NCBI GenBank assembly: GCA_045862955.1 | Contig: BTVI01000040.1 | Location: 1 to 27,537 of the forward strand | Source: Fimbriimonadales bacterium | GTDB taxonomy: Bacteria > Armatimonadota > Fimbriimonadia > Fimbriimonadales > JABRVX01 | DNA length: 27,537 bases | Direction of reading: 5' to 3' | Part shown: piece after piece, positions 25,679-27,537 of the stretch | Layout of the letters: each line of letters begins with the position of its first letter | Numbering within the stretch: the first letter of the stretch is position 1 | Notes under the pieces: generated by a model | What the model was told of the DNA's origin: nothing | Database searches by the model: none | The model's input: the letters and a program-made list of their open reading frames with translations, nothing else | Made by a program: the position numbers and the translations under genes

Positions 25679-26707
25679 GTGGACGAGTTTTGCGTTATCG
25701 GTGTGGACCTCGGAGGAACGAACGTCCGCGCACTGGCCGTAGACCCGAGCGGGAAGCCACTCGGCGAGTTCGCTTCGCAGCCATCGCGAGCAAGGGAGGG
25801 GGCTGCTGCAGTTGCGGACGCTTGCGCGGAAGTGGTTCGCTCGGCGGAGCGTTCGGCAGGCAGACCTTGCAAGGCAGTCGGGATGGCCGTCCCCGGCCAC
25901 ATAGACCCGAAGGACGGTACCGTGCGGTGGGCACCCAACTTCGGTGAGTATGTAGACGGCATCTTTCGGCACTTCGCGGACGTGCCGCTGACCGCGATGG
26001 TGCGCGAGAGGCTCGGTGTGCCAGTGCACAGCGGCAACGATGCGAACCTCGCGGCGTTGGGCGAGTTCATGTACGGCAAGCGCGAGAAGCGACCCAACGG
26101 ACTCGTCATGATCACTCTAGGGACGGGGATTGGCAGCGGTATCGTTCTGTGCCCGGACCAACTGGCGGGTGGCGAGCCGCCATCGGCGCCTCTGCTGCTA
26201 GTCGGCAGCAACGGTGGTGGGGCGGAGCTGGGACATACCGTGGTGTTTGCCGACGGTCCGCAGTGCGGCTGTGGGGCGTACGGCTGCGCCGAGGCGTTGG
26301 TCAACGCGAACGCGATCGTGCAGCGGGGTAGGGCCAAGCTGGAGCGCGAGCCGACGGGCCTGCTGGCTCAGCTTTCGGGCGGCGATCCCTCGCGGATCAC
26401 TCCGAAGCTGCTCGCCGACGCAGCGGCCCGGGGAGACGAGAGCGCCTTGGAGGTATGGCGCGAGACAGGGCATTACCTGGGTGTGCTGATCGGCAACGTG
26501 ATCAACACCTTCGTGCCGGAGGTCGTGGTGCTGGGTGGGCAGATTTCGCAGGCGGGGCTACCACTTTGGGAGCCGACGATCCGAAGCGCGCGCAACACCG
26601 CCATCCCGACGCTTTTTTCTGCGACGCGCATCGAGCCCGCGACGGAGCCGGAGCGCGCGGGAGCCCTCGGCGGCGCCGCCCTTGCCCTGCAGCGTGCCGG
26701 GGGATAG
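25679..26707 (+). CDS. ROK family sugar kinase (glucokinase-like)
   Basis: IGVDLGGTN, GNDANLAALGE, TLGTGIGSG, AELGH, CGCGAYGCAE zinc motif. No N-terminal HTH. Start GTG 25679 is inferred. Confidence 0.92.
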   Translation: MDEFCVIGVDLGGTNVRALAVDPSGKPLGEFASQPSRAREGAAAVADACAEVVRSAERSAGRPCKAVGMAVPGHIDPKDGTVRWAPNFGEYVDGIFRHFADVPLTAMVRERLGVPVHSGNDANLAALGEFMYGKREKRPNGLVMITLGTGIGSGIVLCPDQLAGGEPPSAPLLLVGSNGGGAELGHTVVFADGPQCGCGAYGCAEALVNANAIVQRGRAKLEREPTGLLAQLSGGDPSRITPKLLADAAARGDESALEVWRETGHYLGVLIGNVINTFVPEVVVLGGQISQAGLPLWEPTIRSARNTAIPTLFSATRIEPATEPERAGALGGAALALQRAGG

Positions 26708-26729
26708 GGGTGAGGGCATTTCCTGCCTC

Positions 26730-26955
26730 GCGCCGGACCGTGTATCGCCGTGACGGCGAGATCACGGGCGTCTCACCGGACCGATCACATCGGCGGTGCG
26801 TGGTAATTCCGACGTCTGGCGGAAAGTTTGTCGCCTTGACGGCGAAGTTACGGGCGTCGCGTCGGACCGATCACATCGCGGTTGCGTCGTACTTCGGGTG
26901 TCGCGCCGGATAGTTTGTCGCCGTGCCGGCGAGATTACGGGGGCCGCGCCGTCTA
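26730..26955. repeat. Degenerate ~87-nt tandem repeat (about 2.6 units) with TCGCCG-TGA-CGGCGA palindromes
   Basis: TCGCC..GGCGA cores at 26745, 26831, 26918. CGGACCGATCACATCG is shared by units 1 and 2. Confidence 0.8.
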
Positions 26956-26989
26956 GTTCATCTATCCCCCACCACTCGTAGAGGACGGG

Positions 26990-27537
26990 TCACTCGACGT
27001 GATGTCGAGCCTGTCGTCATGCTGAGCTTGTCGAAGCATGACGGTCTCCAAATCCCTCACGCCTCGTAAAGGATGGGTCACTGGCGACGTCGTGCTGAGG
27101 CCTGTCGTCATGCTGAGCCTGTCGAAGCATGGGGCCGCCGGCCGCACGGTTTCGAGTTCACTAGGTGCCTCTGGCACTCCCGGGTGCATGCTTCGACAGG
27201 CTCAGCATGACGGTCCTTGGTCGTCCACCAAGGGATGTGGCTGCATGCTTCGACAAGCTCAGCATGACGGTCCTTGGATGTCCGCGGAGGGATGTGGCCG
27301 CATGCTTCGACAGGCTCAGCGTGACGGTCTACTGATCCCTCGCGCTTGGCAGAGGATGGGTCACTGGGCAGGACTCATCGCACCCGCGGCGTCGCAAACC
27401 GTCATGCTGGCCCTGACGTCGAGCTGAGCGCGACGTCGTGCTGAGGCCTGCCGTCATGCTGAGCTTGTCGAAGCATGACGGTCTCCTGATCCCTCACGCC
27501 TGGTAGAGGATGGGTTACTGGCGACGTCGCGCTGAGC
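26990..27537. repeat. REP/BIME-like mosaic array 3, truncated by the window end
   Basis: 27-nt palindrome or variants: forward at 27016, 27107, 27453; reverse at 27185, 27242, 27299 (57-nt period). Linker AGGATGGGTCACTGG is related to GAGGGTGGGTCACC of arrays 1 and 2. Confidence 0.92.

Overview
High-GC bacterial chromosomal segment. The PEP-CTERM protein, gene mix and sequence style suggest Armatimonadota or a similar Gram-negative lineage; this is inference only. Housekeeping and accessory genes: tRNA-Ala(UGC), tRNA-fMet, a PEP-CTERM protein, two apparently degraded secreted-protein genes, tyrS, a flavodoxin-fold oxidoreductase, maf, an LTXXQ-type secreted protein, a NodB-like protein, a Gfo-asparaginase-selB operon, a DUF2089-DUF4097 pair, an HTH-wzm-wzt operon, a MoxR-DUF58-transglutaminase-holA operon and a ROK kinase. 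The most striking non-coding feature is three large mosaic arrays (1-930, 17038-18412, 26990-27537). They are built from about 25 hand-counted copies of one 27-nt CGTC-tagged palindrome (GTCATGCTGAGCYTGTCGAAGCATGAC) with conserved linkers, inverted doublets and 17/18-nt half-site stutters. No transposase or Cas gene is present in the window. Other notable points: a TyrRS whose HIGH and KMSKS motifs read TLGW and KMSQS, a multi-hairpin candidate regulatory RNA at 8301-8532, a frameshifted gene whose true start is missed by the ORF track, and a wzt whose C-terminus and stop codon come from the repeat array. All calls are by eye; no database searches were run.
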